In this document: in pieces, positions 45,830 through 60,173 of the stretch | Layout of the letters: every line of letters begins with the position of its first letter | How positions within the stretch are numbered: position 1 is the stretch's first letter | Assembly (NCBI GenBank): GCA_958009085.1 | Contig: OY253668.1 | Coordinates: forward strand, 124,001 to 188,000 | Direction: 5' to 3' | DNA length: 64,000 nucleotides | Source: Protoeuglena noctilucae | Taxonomy: Eukaryota | Notes under the pieces: generated by a model | Seen by the model: the letters and a program-made list of their open reading frames with translations, nothing else | Database searches by the model: none | What the model was told of the DNA's origin: nothing | Made by a program: the position numbers and the translations under genes

Positions 45830-48154
45830 TCAAAGACCAGAGAGGTTGATGGTGTCGCGCACGATGAGGAAGAGGCCCGTGGCGGTGAGGAACGCCAGGC
45901 CGCCGGACATGATGCCCCTCTCCACATCCTGGGGAAGCTTGCGGCCGCCACGTAACGCCTCCGTCAGCTGCAGGGCCATGTAGCCGCCGTCCAGGCCGGG
46001 CAGCGGCAGGGCGTTGACGGCGGCCAGGTTGAGGTTCACCAGCGCCGCGAACTGCCTGCGCGGCACGGTGGGCAGGCAGCGGGGGTTCAGCTCATTGCAC
46101 ATTGCCCTGTCACAGGTGTCGCCCCTCACTCGTCGTCCACGCTTACTAACTAACAGACCCCGATTGCTTCATCCCTACATTGCCGACCGGCATGTGTATC
46201 GCCCGGCCATGCTCACCACAGGCCGGTGGCGTCCTTGCGCGCGACCTCGGCGCCCACGGCGACGATGGCGATGGGCCCGGAGATCTGCGCCGAGGAGGAC
46301 GAGAAGTTGACCACGAGCTCGGTTAGGCCCTTGGTGATGGCGCCGGACAGGCGGGCCATCTCGCGCCCCGCTGTCGCCAGCGCGTCGCCCAGGCCGTCCG
46401 TCTTGCGGTACTGAACCTGGGCGTTGGCCGCCAGCTGCACGCCCATGCGGCCGCCCGCGGCCGTCGTCTCGGGCACCACCGTCAGCGTCAGGGGTTGGCC
46501 CTGCCTGCGGGCCAGGGCAGAGGGGTGGGGGATGTCAGGGCTCTGCAACAGTCGCCGCGCGTGTTTGCGCCATGTCTTCGTTGATCCCAGCTCACTGCAA
46601 GATCCCCACCTCCATCCATGCCCCCACCCCACCCACCCACACCATCACAACTCACCTCACGATCCCCAGCTCGACCTCCACCCCGGGGCTCGAGGTGATG
46701 ACGCCGACCACCGTCCCCGCGGCCTTCTCCCCCGCCGGGATGGCTTGGCCGCCCACGGATAGGATGACGTCGCCTGCCTTGACCCCCGCCTTCTCCCCGG
46801 GAGAGCCCCTGAGGACCATGGGCACCTGCACACCCGGCTGGTAGATGGGGTCGGGGACCCCGACGGTCGACACCTGGCCGAAGAGGACGGCGAAGGCGAA
46901 GACGATGTTGGCGACGATGCCGGCAGACGTGACGACGAAGCGGTCGAGGATGGGCCGGTTGGTCAGCAGGTCGGGGTCATCGGGGGCGAAGGGGCTGCGG
47001 GGACGCGCGACAGAGGACGGTGCGTGGTTGCTACGGTTGTTACCCCGGACGCTGCATGGCAGGCCGGCACGCGGACATCTCGGGCGACGCGGGTGAGGCG
47101 GCCGGGCGTCGCGTTGCGCGAGAGGGGCCCTACAAGGGCGTCGATGGTGGCGCATACGTGGCTGTCGCACTGCCTAGGAGCCGCCGCCAGTAGCTCAGCC
47201 TAAGGTACCTTCCTGCACAGCGCTCACCTCTCCTCGTCGTCGTCGGGGAAGCGCACGTAGCCGCCCAGCGGGAAAGCGCAGACCTTGTACTCCACCCCGT
47301 CCCTCTCCATGCTCCAGATGGCGGGGCCGAAACCAATGGAGAACTTGCTCACGTGGATGCCGAGGGCACGGGCCGCAGAGAAGTGCCCGAACTCGTGGAA
47401 CCCGACGATCGCGCACATGACCCCCACGGCCGCGGCCACGCTGGCTGGCCCGTCACACTCAAACCCGGTGCCCAGGAGGCCAGCGGCTGCGGGGAAGACG
47501 GGCAGAGGTCCCGTCCGCGGCGGTGGGTCGCAATTGATCGGCGGACAGGTGGGCCGGTCCCGAAAGGAGGCCCGGGCGCGGGACGCAGGCTCCATCCGCT
47601 GCGGTGCGTGGCGCGGCCCTCACCGACGGTCGCCACCTCGTTCCCCGCGCTTGCGCGCACATCCCGGCCGGCCCGTTCAACGCGGGCCAGTCGGCTGCCG
47701 ATGTCATGCGGCGCGGGACCTGCGGGGGTGGAGAGGCGCGCCCTCCGTTTGCCTCCGCGTGGTATGAATTCATCGGCCCCGCTGCGCTGCGCCCGGCGCC
47801 AGGTCCCGGGCAAGCGCTTGCCGCCGTCGACTTTTGATTCTGTAGACAGGCAGATGCACCAGGAGGCCGGAATCCGCTTCGTCGGGAAGCCACGCACCTC
47901 GGCAAGTGCTGCCCTTGCACGGGCAGTGCGGTCGCCGGCGGGCGGTCCTGAGACCGGGTGCCGGGCTCGCCGACACGCTCAAACTCATCGCTGTCTCCAC
48001 GCGCTGCTCCGGCCCGGTTGCCTCCCCGCCAAGCCAAGCTGTGGTGGCGATGGATGTGCTGGTGTTGGAACGCTGCGCGGTCCGGCCGGCGTCCCGTCCC
48101 GACGTTAACCAGTGCACAAATGCGCACGCGTCCGGCCGCGAGGGCTGCCATCAT
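45830..48154 (-). CDS. M50 family (RseP/ARASP-like) membrane zinc metalloprotease with PDZ domain
   Basis: FHEFGHF, KFSIGFGP, PLGGYVRFPDDD, VTSAGIVANIVFA, PDZ-like GVKAGDVILSVGG, ISGPIAIV, NALPLPGLDGG. 5' end uncertain (47706-48154). Confidence 0.93.
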
Positions 48155-48606
48155 CCGTTGGGGTTTGCCCTGCCAGACTTATCGCACGACAGCGCGCCTG
48201 AGGGGCGCCCTCGGCTGCCCACACCCGCCTTTTCCGCACCGTTCCACACCAAGACGCGTGTATTTCACCGCCACTGCCTCGCTGGACGTCGACGTGATCG
48301 GGGACGCAACAATCCCACGGACAGGGTGAGTCGGCCCGCCCTCTCCGCCGGTCCTCCCCTCCAACAGATAGATGCGTTCGACATTGACTCTCTTGGCTGC
48401 CTGGTGGCTTCCCTCTCGCCCCGCGCGGTCCGGGACGCCCCTTTTCCTCGCCAGCCGTCCCGTTCGCTCCCGGGGCTCGCGCGCCCGCTCCGCTGCTTCG
48501 CCGACGGCACGTTTCTGTCCGCGATCCTCCCACCTGCGCACACCCGTGACGGGGGAGCTCCTCTCGACCAACTCTCGCTCGCCCCCGCCCCGCAGGTCGG
48601 CGAGGA

Positions 48607-50827
48607 TGCAGGCCGTGGCCGTCGGTACCGTCGCTCCGGCGACGTGCAGCGTGTCGCATCCTGGGCAGCCCGCCGCGCCGCGCCTCCTCGCGCCGGCCCT
48701 TGGCTTGGGGTCTCGGGCCGGGAACGCGCGGCTCCAGCTCTCCCGGGAGGCATCCACCTCCTGCCGCTGTCGGAAGGACTCGCGTCTCGTCGTTCGCGCG
48801 TCCTCGGGCGCTCTGGGCGAGGTGAGCGGCGTTTCTAGGGCGCCCGGGAAGGTTCCCAGGGATTGCGCCTCCCCCGCGCCGCTGGGCGCGTTTGCGGCCG
48901 GCCGGGACGTGCGAGTCGATGGAATGTCTCGGGTTCTCCCCCCGCGGGGGTTCTCGGCGCCCCCCGGGCCCGCGCTGCGCGTCGGGGAGGTGCTTGTCGC
49001 TTTCGTGTCGCTGCCTTGCGTCGCGGGCTGCGGGAGCCCCGCGGCGGCGTTGCCGGCCTTTGATACGTGTCTCCCGTCGCCTCGTGGCTCGGAGAGCGCG
49101 CCGCGTCCCTGGCAGCCGCGCACAGCCGGCTCGGTGGTGGATGGTAGCTCTCTTCCCACGCGTTCCGCGGCCCCGGCGCCCGCAGGAGAGGGGCGAGGAC
49201 CAGGGCAGCGAGGGGTTTGATGTGCGGAACCGTCTCGAGCCCATGATGGCCGGGCTCGGGGGCCCGGGCTCGCAGCTGGGGGGGGGAGGCGGGGCGCTGC
49301 TCGAGAAGAGCAAACTCGAGTTCAAGCAGGTGCGCCGAGGGCCCGCCGCTCGCCCCGCACGCGCTCTCTTGCTTCGCTGCGCCGGTCCGTGACGCAGATC
49401 CTCCCGCCTCGCTTCGCAGACGGTGCAGCAGACGTCGCCCAAGCTGGCGGACGGCGGGGGCGGCGGGGGCATCGGCAACTTCATCAACATGGGGGGCGGT
49501 GGCGGCGGGGACGACGGGGACGACGATGATTTCTTCGGGGGCGGCGGGGAGGAGGGCGACGGGGACGGGGAGGGGTGGTTCCGGAGCGCCACGGCCGAGC
49601 TCTTCGACATGGGCGCCATCCAGGCGGTCCTCTCCGAGTGGGGCTACACGGTCTCCTCCCTCCCCATGTTCTTCCGGGCGTCCGCGGAGCTCTTCTTCAC
49701 CGGCGCCTTCTCCTCCGCCAACATGGTCCGCTTCCTCTGCCGCGACAACCGGCCCACGCTCGCGCGGTGGCTGTACGAGCACCTCCCCTACAGCGTGAGC
49801 CGGGGCCTCGTGGGCCGCCTCATCGCCGACCCCGGACTCGCCCAGAAGGTCGCCCTCGACATGGCGCTGACGGCGGGGACCAACGTGTACTGGGAGGCGC
49901 GGCAGCGCGGGGAGCAGTTCTGGCGCGAGCTCGACCTGGTGGCCATCAACACGGCGTCGGCGGCCGCCGCGGCCGGGGCCATGGTCTACATGCTCGCGCC
50001 GGCGCGCGTGGGGACGGCAGCCCGCGCCCCCTGGCAGGAGATGCTGGCGTCGCTGCCCAACAACGTCTTCGAGGCGGGCTCCAAGACGCGGTCCTTTACG
50101 CTCGGCAGCCGCGCCATGGGCTTCCTGTCCAAGGCCGCGGAGCTGTCGGCCGTGGGCGCCGTCACGGGCGCCGCCATGTCGGGCCTCGGCTCGGCAGCCG
50201 TCCAGCTCCGGCGCCGGGCCGACCCGACCTTCCAGCCGTCGGTGCCGGTGCCGGAGATGTCGCGCGCCGTGGCGGGCATGGGCGCCTTCATGGGCCTCTC
50301 GGCCAACCTGCGCTACAACGTCCTTGCCGGCCTGGACCGCTACATGTTTGAGCGCGCCAAGGTGCTGGGCTACTACGTGGCCTCGACCGCCCTCGCCCGG
50401 GGCGCCTCCGCCTACGTGGGGCAGCCCTCCCGGCTCTGGTCCCTCGGCCTGCCGATGACGCTGCCGCCCGAGATCCCTGGCTATGTCTATATGGGGCGCG
50501 GCAAGGTTAGTGGGGGGGCAGGCTGGTGCTGCCGGGCACCAATGCAGTGTGGGCGTCATGCATCGCCGCGCTTGTCAGCGATTCAAACATCTCCGCCCTG
50601 CTTTCCTTCGCCCGCAGTACCGGCGGCAGCAGCGGCAGGTGGCCCCTGCACCCACGGCGGCCAAGGTCAGGGCGTCGGCGGCGGCCGCCAAGAAGGCGCC
50701 TCGTCGGAGGCCTGGGGACGCGGCCAAGGGCAAGGGCGGTCGCAGCCGGCGGGAGGACTACCCGGGGTCGGCACCACGGGCGGGGCCGTCGGGGGCCGTG
50801 TCCGGGGCCGCGGCGGCGTTCGCGTGA
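48607..50827 (+). CDS. RETICULATA-related (DUF3411) plastid envelope protein
   Basis: Transit-like exon 1, Gly/Asp-rich linker, AVLSEWGYTVSSLP, GRLIADP, WEARQRGEQFWRELDLV, LPNNVFE, GAFMGLSANLRYNVLAG. Confidence 0.9.
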
Positions 50828-51083
50828 CGCATCCCACGTGCCCCAGCGGCGCGTGCGCATCCGCCTGTGTATGGCCGGCCTGAGCGCCGGCCAGCTAGCA
50901 TTGTTCTGTCTCTGCTTGCGTCATCCTAGAGCCTTGGGGGGCAAGGCACGTCCCCAGCCGCCGAACTGGCGTCCACTTGAAAGCCGCAAGGGCTGTGAAC
51001 TACATTCAGTCACCAGAGACAGCTCGTGTTCGAATACACAAGCACATGGCACAGAGCATGCGATTGGTCTTCCGTCCAAATGT

Positions 51084-51099
51084 GGTGTTTAATAACACC
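51084..51099 (-). terminator. Histone mRNA 3' stem-loop of H3 (GGTGTT-ATTA-AACACC)
   Basis: 6-bp stem and 4-nt loop about 50 nt after the stop, in the context CTTTCCCAACC..ACAT shared with the H4 copy. Confidence 0.85.
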
Positions 51100-51147
51100 G
51101 GTTGGGAAAGGTGGGGAGGCTGTGCCCCCCCGCTCGGCCGAACGCGC

Positions 51148-52104
<957 letters not shown>

Positions 52105-52154
52105 GCGCCCCCACGCCCCTCGGGGCAGCGCCGCGAGGCGCACACTTTCCAACC

Positions 52155-52169
52155 GGTGTTATTAACACC
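52155..52169 (+). terminator. Histone mRNA 3' stem-loop of H4 (GGTGTT-ATT-AACACC)
   Basis: Same element as in H3, 50 nt after the stop; loop is one nt shorter. Confidence 0.85.
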
Positions 52170-52410
52170 ACATCGCTCGGAAGCGCATTCTTAGCCTGCT
52201 AGTCGCGGCGGAGGCGCGGGCCCAGGGCCAACATGGCCTGCGGCAAATTCAAACCTGCCAGCGCCCCGCCCCCCTCTCGGGCCCCGGCGCGCGCAAGTCT
52301 GGTTTCAAAAGCAGTAATAATGAACGATGCCTAGCTTGTCGACTCCATTAGCGACGCATTGGCGCAGATTTTCGCGACCAAAGCCACAAGCAGTGGCCAC
52401 GCCTCGCGCC

Positions 52411-53200
52411 TCATTTCTCCCACGGCAGCTTCGTGTACTCCTTGCTGTCCATGTACTCTTGCGTGGGGATCTGCTTCCCGGGCGTGTACCACATCTGGGA
52501 CGGAATCCACATCCCACCACGGGGTGGGTTCGACCGCACCTGCGGGAGCCTCGAGGGGCGCTGAGCTCGCGCCAACGCAGCCGTATAAAGATCAAAGTCC
52601 CCAACAGCGCGCCCGCCATGGGGCAGGAGGTGACCCGGACCGCACAGCCAAGGCGTCTCACCTCCCGCTCCTTCGAGTAGCTCCAAACAAAGTAAGCCCC
52701 GATCAGAATACCTCCCATGGCGATCGCCGTGTTGCGCCGCCAGCCCACCGGGTCCGGCCAGTGCCCGCCCGCCGGAGACCATGCCTCTGCGCACAGGGGA
52801 CGGAATTCCACTGGCAACGCGCGCCTGGACCACGCGGTCTTTGAGTCAAGCAAGTCCATGGACCTACGATGACAACATAAAAGCCACGGGGGCACGCAGC
52901 GGCCTCGGGGAGCCTCGTCCGGCCCCCGGGGCGTGGGCGCATCCCGCGTTGTGCACAGACGCCGCGGCTCTCGGCCGTCCAGGGCGTCATGGCACCGGCC
53001 CGCCTCTCAAGCAGCACATACTGAGCGCGAAGGTGCGATCGGCGGCGGCCGGGGGTGGGAACAACGCCCGCAGCGGGCCCCAACGCCAACGTCACAGGAA
53101 AACGCCACGCCCGCTTCCCCGGCGGGTCCCGCGCCCATCCATGCGACGCACCATAGAAATGAGGCCAAGTCTTCCGATCCGGAAGCCCTCCACCCCCCAT
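52411..53200 (-). CDS. Mitochondrial complex I small accessory subunit, KFYI/NDUFC1(NUUM)-like
   Basis: MGGGGLPDRKTWPHFY|EAWSPAGGHWPDPVGWRRNTAIAMGGILIGAYFVWSYSKERE|VRSNPP..IPSQMW matches the plant/fungal WSxxGG..WRRNTAIAM..IPSQxW pattern. Confidence 0.82.
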
Positions 53201-53804
53201 GGCGCCTCCCCCACGGCCCGGAGCTTGTGCCCTGCGTCTAACGGCGAGCTCTCCCCCCGAGCGTGTTCTAAGGGCATATACGCAGTAAATCAAAGTAGAT
53301 AGGCCGTGCCATCGCGCCGGGAAACGCTCGCCGGGACTTGTCAGAAACGCAGGCGCTTGCACGCGCGCCCGGAAGCCCTTGCGCCATCACCTGGGTTCCG
53401 TTACCCTGCGTCGCAGGTGGAAAGAGCTGCAGCAGTGCGCAACGGCTTCTGTAGGCGGAAAACTTTGAGGATTACTTCATCGCAAGCGGGTCCGCACACG
53501 CAGGTGAGTGTTGCCCTCGCCTGCTCGCACGAATGCTGAATGGGCTCTGCTGTACCTTATCGCATGCTGCGCCCGCTCATCCGGGTCGGGACCGCGACGA
53601 GGGAGTGTCGAGTCTGCGCCTGCCTTATGCCGCGGCTGGATCCCGCGCGTCCCTCGCCTGCGCCCCTCGAGCTAGTGCTCAGGGCAGTACCACTGCCCGC
53701 AACCGTCTCTCCACCGACGGCTCGGCCGCGATCGATGGTTGGCGCTGCGAGGCTTTCGCGTCGTCCCACGCAGGTCCCCTGCGCGCCTCCAAATCGTCGC
53801 ATCG

Positions 53805-56800
53805 ATGGCGGCTTACATGTACGACCTCTTCGTGATTGGTGGGGGCAGCGGGGGCGTGCGTGGCTCCCGCATGGCCGCGTCTTACGGCGCCAAGGTGCGG
53901 GCGCTGCGCCAGCCTCGCCTGAGCTCATGCCGCTCCTGCCCCACAGCCCGCGTCGCCACGGCCGACGCGCCGAGCGTCTCCGTGCCGCATTTCGTGCTCT
54001 CAGGTCGCCCTCTGCGAGCTGCCCTACAGCACCGTGTCATCGGACACGCGGGGCGGCATGGGTGGCACGTGCGTCATCCGTGGGTGTGTCCCGAAGAAGC
54101 TGCTCGTCTACGGCAGCGAGTTCAGCCACACCTTCCGCGACGCCGCCGGGTTGGGGTGGGCCACCCGGTCCGCCCCCATGCCCGGTGAGCGATGCGGGGG
54201 CCGGGGGGCGATGCACGCTCCCCCCCCCCCCCCCCCCCGGTGCCCTCGCTGTCGCCACACAGAGGCATCCGGTGCAGGCACGAGGCGCCGGTTCAATTCG
54301 CTCCCGCAGAGCACAGCTGGGCGACGCTCATGGAGAACAAGAACAAGGAGCTGGAGCGGCTGAATGGTGTGTACAAGCGCATCGTGGGGGGCGCGGGGGT
54401 CGAGCACATCGAGGGGCGGGGGAAGCTGCTGGACGCGCACACGGTCGAGGTGAGAGTGTTGCAAAAGCACGGTGCTACCATGCATGTTTGCCTCACACCC
54501 TGCGTGAGGTATCGCGTGCTCGGCACCACTGCCCGCGCTCATTGCTCACCCTGCGTGGCGCGTCCCGTGCTCTGTGCCACATCCACCCCCACCACCCCAC
54601 CAATGTCGCGCAGGTCAGCACAGCGGAGGGCCCGCGCGTCATCACGACTCAGAACGTGCTCATCGCCACGGGCGGCCGCGCCTGGCGCCCGGACTTCCCC
54701 GGCGTGGAGCACACCATCACCAGCGACGAGGCGCTGGACCTGAAGGAGCTGCCCCGCCGCATCGTGGTGGTCGGGGGCGGGTATATCGGCATCGAGATGG
54801 CCTGCGTGTTCAAGGGCTATGGGTCCGACACGCACTACTTCTTCCGTGGGGACGCGCCGCTCGCGGGGTTCGACCGCGAGTGCCGCGAATTCGTGGCGGA
54901 GCAGGCAAGGGGGGGTGGGGTGGTGGGTGGGGTGGGGTAGGGTGGGGTGGGAGAGCAGGCGAGGGGGGGTGGGGGTGAGGTGGGAGTGTGTGTGGCAGAG
55001 CAGCAAACATGGACGGGGCGGTTTGCGAGCGACGGGCGAGCTTGCAACTGCTGCCAGTGACTCACTTGCGGCCCTTGCCTGGTCACTCGCAGGTCGAGAA
55101 GGTGCACGGCGTCACGATGCACCGCAACTGCGCCCCGCTGTCGTGCGAGCGTCAGGCGGATGGTCGCTTGACGTACCGTTTCAAGCGGACAGATGGCACC
55201 GAGGGGGAGGTGCGGGACGTGGACCAGGTGCTGATGGCCACTGGCAGGAAGCCCAACTCCGCGAACCTGGGGCTCGAGGCGGCGGGGGTCCAGACTAACC
55301 CGGAGGTGAGGGGTGGGGTGGGGTGGGGTGGAGTGGGTGGAGTGGGTGGGGTGGAGTGGGGTGAAGTGAGAGGGTGGGTTGGGTGGAGTGGATGAGTGAG
55401 TGAGTGGGTGGGGGACGTTCAATGGAGCCCGGTCGTCGTGGCTGCTGTTGCCGAAATCCACGAATCCCTTTGCCTTCCAAACAAAGTCACTGTGCCTCTC
55501 CCTCAGTCGGGGGCCATCCTGGTGGACGACTACATGCGCACCAACGTCCCCAACATCTACGCGGTGGGGGACGTGGTGGACAAGATCGCACTCACGCCCG
55601 TGGCGCTGATGGAGGGCATGTCGGTGGCCAAGACGCTGGTGAGAGGGGAGGGACTGAATGTGGATGGCATGTCGGTGGCAAAGACGCTGGTGAGGGGAGA
55701 AGTGGACTGGTGGGGGTGGAATGAGGGCGTGGATGAGGGGTGAGAGGAGAGGGACTGGTTGTGGTTGAATGAGGGCGTGGATCATGTGCGATGAGGGGTG
55801 TAAATGAAGTCAGGCATTAATTCTCGACACGCCTTTCCTTTTTACCTCCCCTCCACCGCAGTTCCTGAATGGTGGCACCCCCACGAAGCCCGACCACAGC
55901 AACGTGGCGAGCGCCGTCTTCTCCCAGCCCCCCCTGGCCACCGTGGGCATGACGGAGGAGCAGGCGGTGGCGGCCGTGGGGGACGTGGATGTTTACACGT
56001 CGTCGTTCCGGCCCATGAAGAACACCATCTCGGGGTCTGAGGTGAGGCATGGATGTGGGATGTGAAGAACACCGTTTCGGGTTCTGAAGTCAGGTATTGA
56101 TGTGGCTGGTGGAGAACACCCATCTCGGGATCTGAGGTGAGGCACAGGGCGTGGCTGATGGAGAGGCTTTAGAGGGCTAGTGGCAGTACGGGAGTGTGGA
56201 AGTGCGGCGACTGCAGTGGGAGTGCTGGCAGCCCCTAAGTATGCGGCGCCCCATCTGACACCCCCCCGCCCCCCACCCAGGGCCGTGCGCTGATGAAGCT
56301 CCTGGTGGATGCCAAGTCGGGCAAGCTCCTGGGCTGCCACATGGTGGGCCCCGACTCTGCGGAAATCATGCAGGGGATGGCCGTGGCGGTCAAGATGGGG
56401 TGCACCAAGGAGCAACTGGACAGCGTGGTGGGCATCCACCCCAGGCGAGTGCGGGGGGGCAGGGGGGCACATGAGCTTGACAAGGAGACAGCGTGGTGGG
56501 CATCCGCCCCAGGTGAGAGCGGGAGTGAATGGTAGTTGTACAGGGGGACAGCGTCGTGGGCATCCACGATGCCCACCCCAGGTAAGCGGGAGGGCAGGTC
56601 AGCAGTACAGTGGACACGGGACGAGCGGTGGGCGGTCACTAGAGGGAAGCAATGGATGACCTGTCACAGTTCATTACCCTTTGGGGGGTAGCGATGGGCA
56701 GTCAATGGGTCCCATCCCTTTCCTCCACAATCCGCCTCGCCTTCACCGCAGCTCGGCGGAGGAGTTTGTGACGATGCGCTCCGTGACGCGGCGGTGGCGG

Positions 56801-56824
56801 GACGGCAAGCAGCTGAGCAACTGA
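53805..56824 (+). CDS. GSR: Glutathione reductase (class I pyridine nucleotide-disulfide oxidoreductase)
   Basis: [84 protein letters not shown]. Probable 5'UTR intron 53504-53773. Confidence 0.97.
55610..56590 (+). repeat. Donor-side exon echoes in three consecutive glutathione reductase introns
   Basis: GGCATGTCGGTGGC-AAGACGCTG|gtgag x2; AGAACACC-TCTCGGG-TCTGAG|gt x3; GACAGCGT-GTGGGCATCC x3. Confidence 0.9.
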
Positions 56825-57372
56825 GCAGGAGCCAGCTCGCTAGCTGCGGAGTAGCACATGGCTGCGTACAATGGTGCAAGTGGCATGTGTGCTGCCTAGC
56901 GCAATCCATACCCATCGCCTGCCTTTCTGGACGCAATAGCCACCGGACCAGGGGCACCTCCATCTGAGGCCCTGGCACAGTGCGTGAACGGAGGCGTTCT
57001 TCTTGCGCACGTTGACATGCCCGTCGCGTCGAAGAGGGCGCAGCGGGCGGGCGAGAGGGTGTGGCGGGGCAACGGCACTCGTCGCACGCGCCATCCTAGC
57101 AGCAAGGCGGGGCTGGGCCCCTGGAATGGACGAGGGCGGGTCGCAGGGGCAGTCGGGTGTCTCCTAGCTAAGCGTGGGCGGGCGCGACCCACAGCGCGGG
57201 CAAACAAGGCGCGGAGATGGGCCACGCAACCGGGCGCCCGCTCACATGCAGGGCGCTGCCAGGCGCGCACAAGAAGCGTGTGTGTGTGGCAAAAGATCCA
57301 TAAAACAAACCGCAACAGCTCGGCACGCGGCCCGTGCAGGCCTGCGACGGGCTATCGTGCAGCATTCGCGAG

Positions 57373-60173
57373 CTAGTACGCGCGTGGGCGGTGGCTTATC
57401 AGGTCGTAGGGCCGCCCCTCCGATTGCCGCGACGCCACGCTCCCCGGCGTGGGCAGCCCCGACCCCAGACCCCGATGCCTTGGACCCAACACCTGCGGTG
57501 AAGACAGCATGAGGGTGTGGTCAGAATCATCATGCTAACATCGCCATGTTGCAGTCACCACCATGGTCATGTGACCATCACTCTGGTGCCATCACCGCCA
57601 TCACCATGCTACCATCATCATGCTGTAATCACCAAATTACCACCAGCTGCTCACCTGTGGCATGCCCCGTGCGGGCAACCCCTTGGCTCCGTATCGCCCC
57701 CCCGCCTCCTGAATGCTCGGCAGCGCGGCCGGCACGTTGGCCACCGGGCTGCGCTGCTGGTACGGGCCCGGCTGGCCCGGCATCTGAGACCGGATGGGCC
57801 CGTTCACACGGCTGTACGCCGAACCCCCGCTATAGACCGACACCTGCGGGCCAGTGGGCAGGGCTTGCTTAGCGCGTGCTGCTGATAAAACAATGCAAGG
57901 ATGTGACTGCGGGGCCTGTAAGTGAACATGCGCAATAAGCGGGGTACATGCTCAGGAAAGGCTGCTGTGCCCACTCACATGCGACGCCGCTGCCGACGCC
58001 GGGATCCGCGCCGGGGCACCCCTGGGTGGCGCCGGGCTCATCGCCGCCCCGTACGGCCCCCCCGGCAGCGGCGACCGCACCGCCGCCACCGCGCCCCCCA
58101 CGCGCCCGTGCGCGACGGCCGGCAGCCCCGCGTCCGGCGCCTGCGGCTCGTTGCTGACGCTCTGCCCCGTGCCCCGGTCCGGCGTGGCGTCGTTCTGCCA
58201 GCTGGGGGCGCTGTCGCCCTCGTCCGGGTATTGCGGCCCCGGCAGCCGGTCCTTGAGGAGCTTGAGGTTGCGTGGCACCTGGATCGTCTCCAGCAGGCTG
58301 CTGCTGACGCCCCCGGTGGACCCCGTATCGTACGCCTGGAGGTGCTCGGGCAGCAGGTGGCGGCGGCTGCGATGGGGGGCGGGGGGCGGCGTCGGAGGCG
58401 ACAGGAACACAGGCGGAAATCAGTGACAGTGCAGCGGTGGGTGGCGGGAAGTGCGAGCGAGGGTCAGCGGGGAGCATGCGGTCGTGTCATGTGGGTTGGG
58501 TTCTCCAAACAACTCAAACTCCCCGGCAAGGCTGTGCCCGTGCGTAGGCGGCGCTCACTTGATGACGGACTCCATGGCGAGGATCTTGGAGAGGGGCGGG
58601 CGCGTCTCTGGGTTGGGGTCGAGCATGAGGGACACCATGCGCTGGAGGTCGTTGGAGTAGAGGCGAGGGACGGGGGGCACCTTGCCGCGGAGGACCTTGG
58701 CGCGGAGCTCGCTCATTGACCGGGCCTCGAATGGGACCTGGGAAGCAAGGGACAGGCGGAGAGCGTCACAGTCGCCGCCTGTGCGGCTGCGACTGGCGCT
58801 TGCGACTGCGCTCGTGGCCCTTGATTGCGTCGCCAAGGCCACCCAGCCCCGGCCCTCATCTGTTGCCTTAGCAACTAGTCACCTGGAAGGTGGACATTTC
58901 GAAGAGGAGGCATCCCAGGGCCCAGACGTCCGACGAGAAGGAGTAGGGCTTGTTCCGCCAGACCTCGGGCGGCATGTAGTGGGGCGTCCCGATCTGCGTT
59001 TTGGTCATCCCGGTCTTCATGAACTTGGCGATGCCCAGGTCCCCCAGCTTGACCGTGTCGGCGCTCGTGATCAATATGTTAGCCGCCTTGACGTCGCGGT
59101 GGAGGATGCGGGCGTCGTGCAGGGCCGCCACCGCCTGGCACACCTGGGCGCAAGCGAGGTGATGCCGGGGGGCACGTCGCACGACCGGACCGCATCGCAA
59201 AGACCCGGCGCTTGCGAGGCAACCACACGATGCGCCCTTGCTGCGCAGGTATGTCGCAAACACACGCGTCGCGTCCTCGCCTGGATGAAGAAGGACCAAA
59301 TCATGTCTTCCGGGAAGGGTTTCCGCATCGCCTGGCCCTTCCGGATGGCGCGAGCGAGGTCCCCGTACGGCGCAAACTCCATGACGATGCACAGCTTGTT
59401 GCCGTCGATGAATGCCTCGTGGTACGCCACCACGTTCGGGTGCTGGATGGAGGCCATGAGGCGAATCTCGTTCACGGCCTCTTGGCGCTCCTGCTGCGAC
59501 ATGTGCTTCACGTCCGTCTCCTTGAGAGCGTAAATCTTGCCTGCAAAGCAAAAGCGAGTGCGGGAAGTCCGAGGGGGCATGCGTAGGGGACGCGACGGCG
59601 GGCATCGCGACAGTTCCCGAGTCGACGACCAGTCCCTGCGGGCGAGACGACCCAGGGCCGCGGCGGCAGCGGGCGGGACGCTGCGCCATGCTCGTGATGT
59701 CACTGCGGGGCCTGCGCGCGGGCGCCGCTTCTCCCGCCCCCAAAAGCGTGTCGGCAACACAATCCACTTAAACATGGCCGTGATGCCGGGCGCAAGCTGC
59801 AAACGGCAGCGGCTGCGCGCCAGAGCCGGCGCGCGAGGGACGCAGCTTTTCAGCGGCAGCGGAGGGCCCCGGGCTCACAAGGGCTTGGGAAGGGGACATG
59901 GACGGAAAGGCCGGGTAATTTGCGGCGGGGGCCGGTGGGGGGGGAAGGCGCCGGGGGAGGCCGCGCCCCTTAAACCAGGGCGCCCTCAACAACGGGCTGG
60001 GGATATTTCCCATGCGGAAGCCCCAGCGCCGGCGCCGACGCTCGCCGCGTGCCGGAAGTCTCACCCGTCGATATTTTCTTCACGCGGTATACCGAGCCGT
60101 AGGAGCCCTTTCCCAGGAATTTCTGAACGGAGAAGCGCCGGATGAGCTCGCGCTGGCCCGCGGAGCCGTCCAT
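57373..60173 (-). CDS. NIMA-related (NEK) kinase, CNK2-like ciliary length regulator
   Basis: FLGKGSYGSVYRV, YALKE, EAVNEIRLMAS, HRDVKAANIL, KLGDLGIAK, TQIGTPHYMPPEVWRNKPY, LLETIQVPRNLKLLKDRLPGPQY. Confidence 0.93.
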
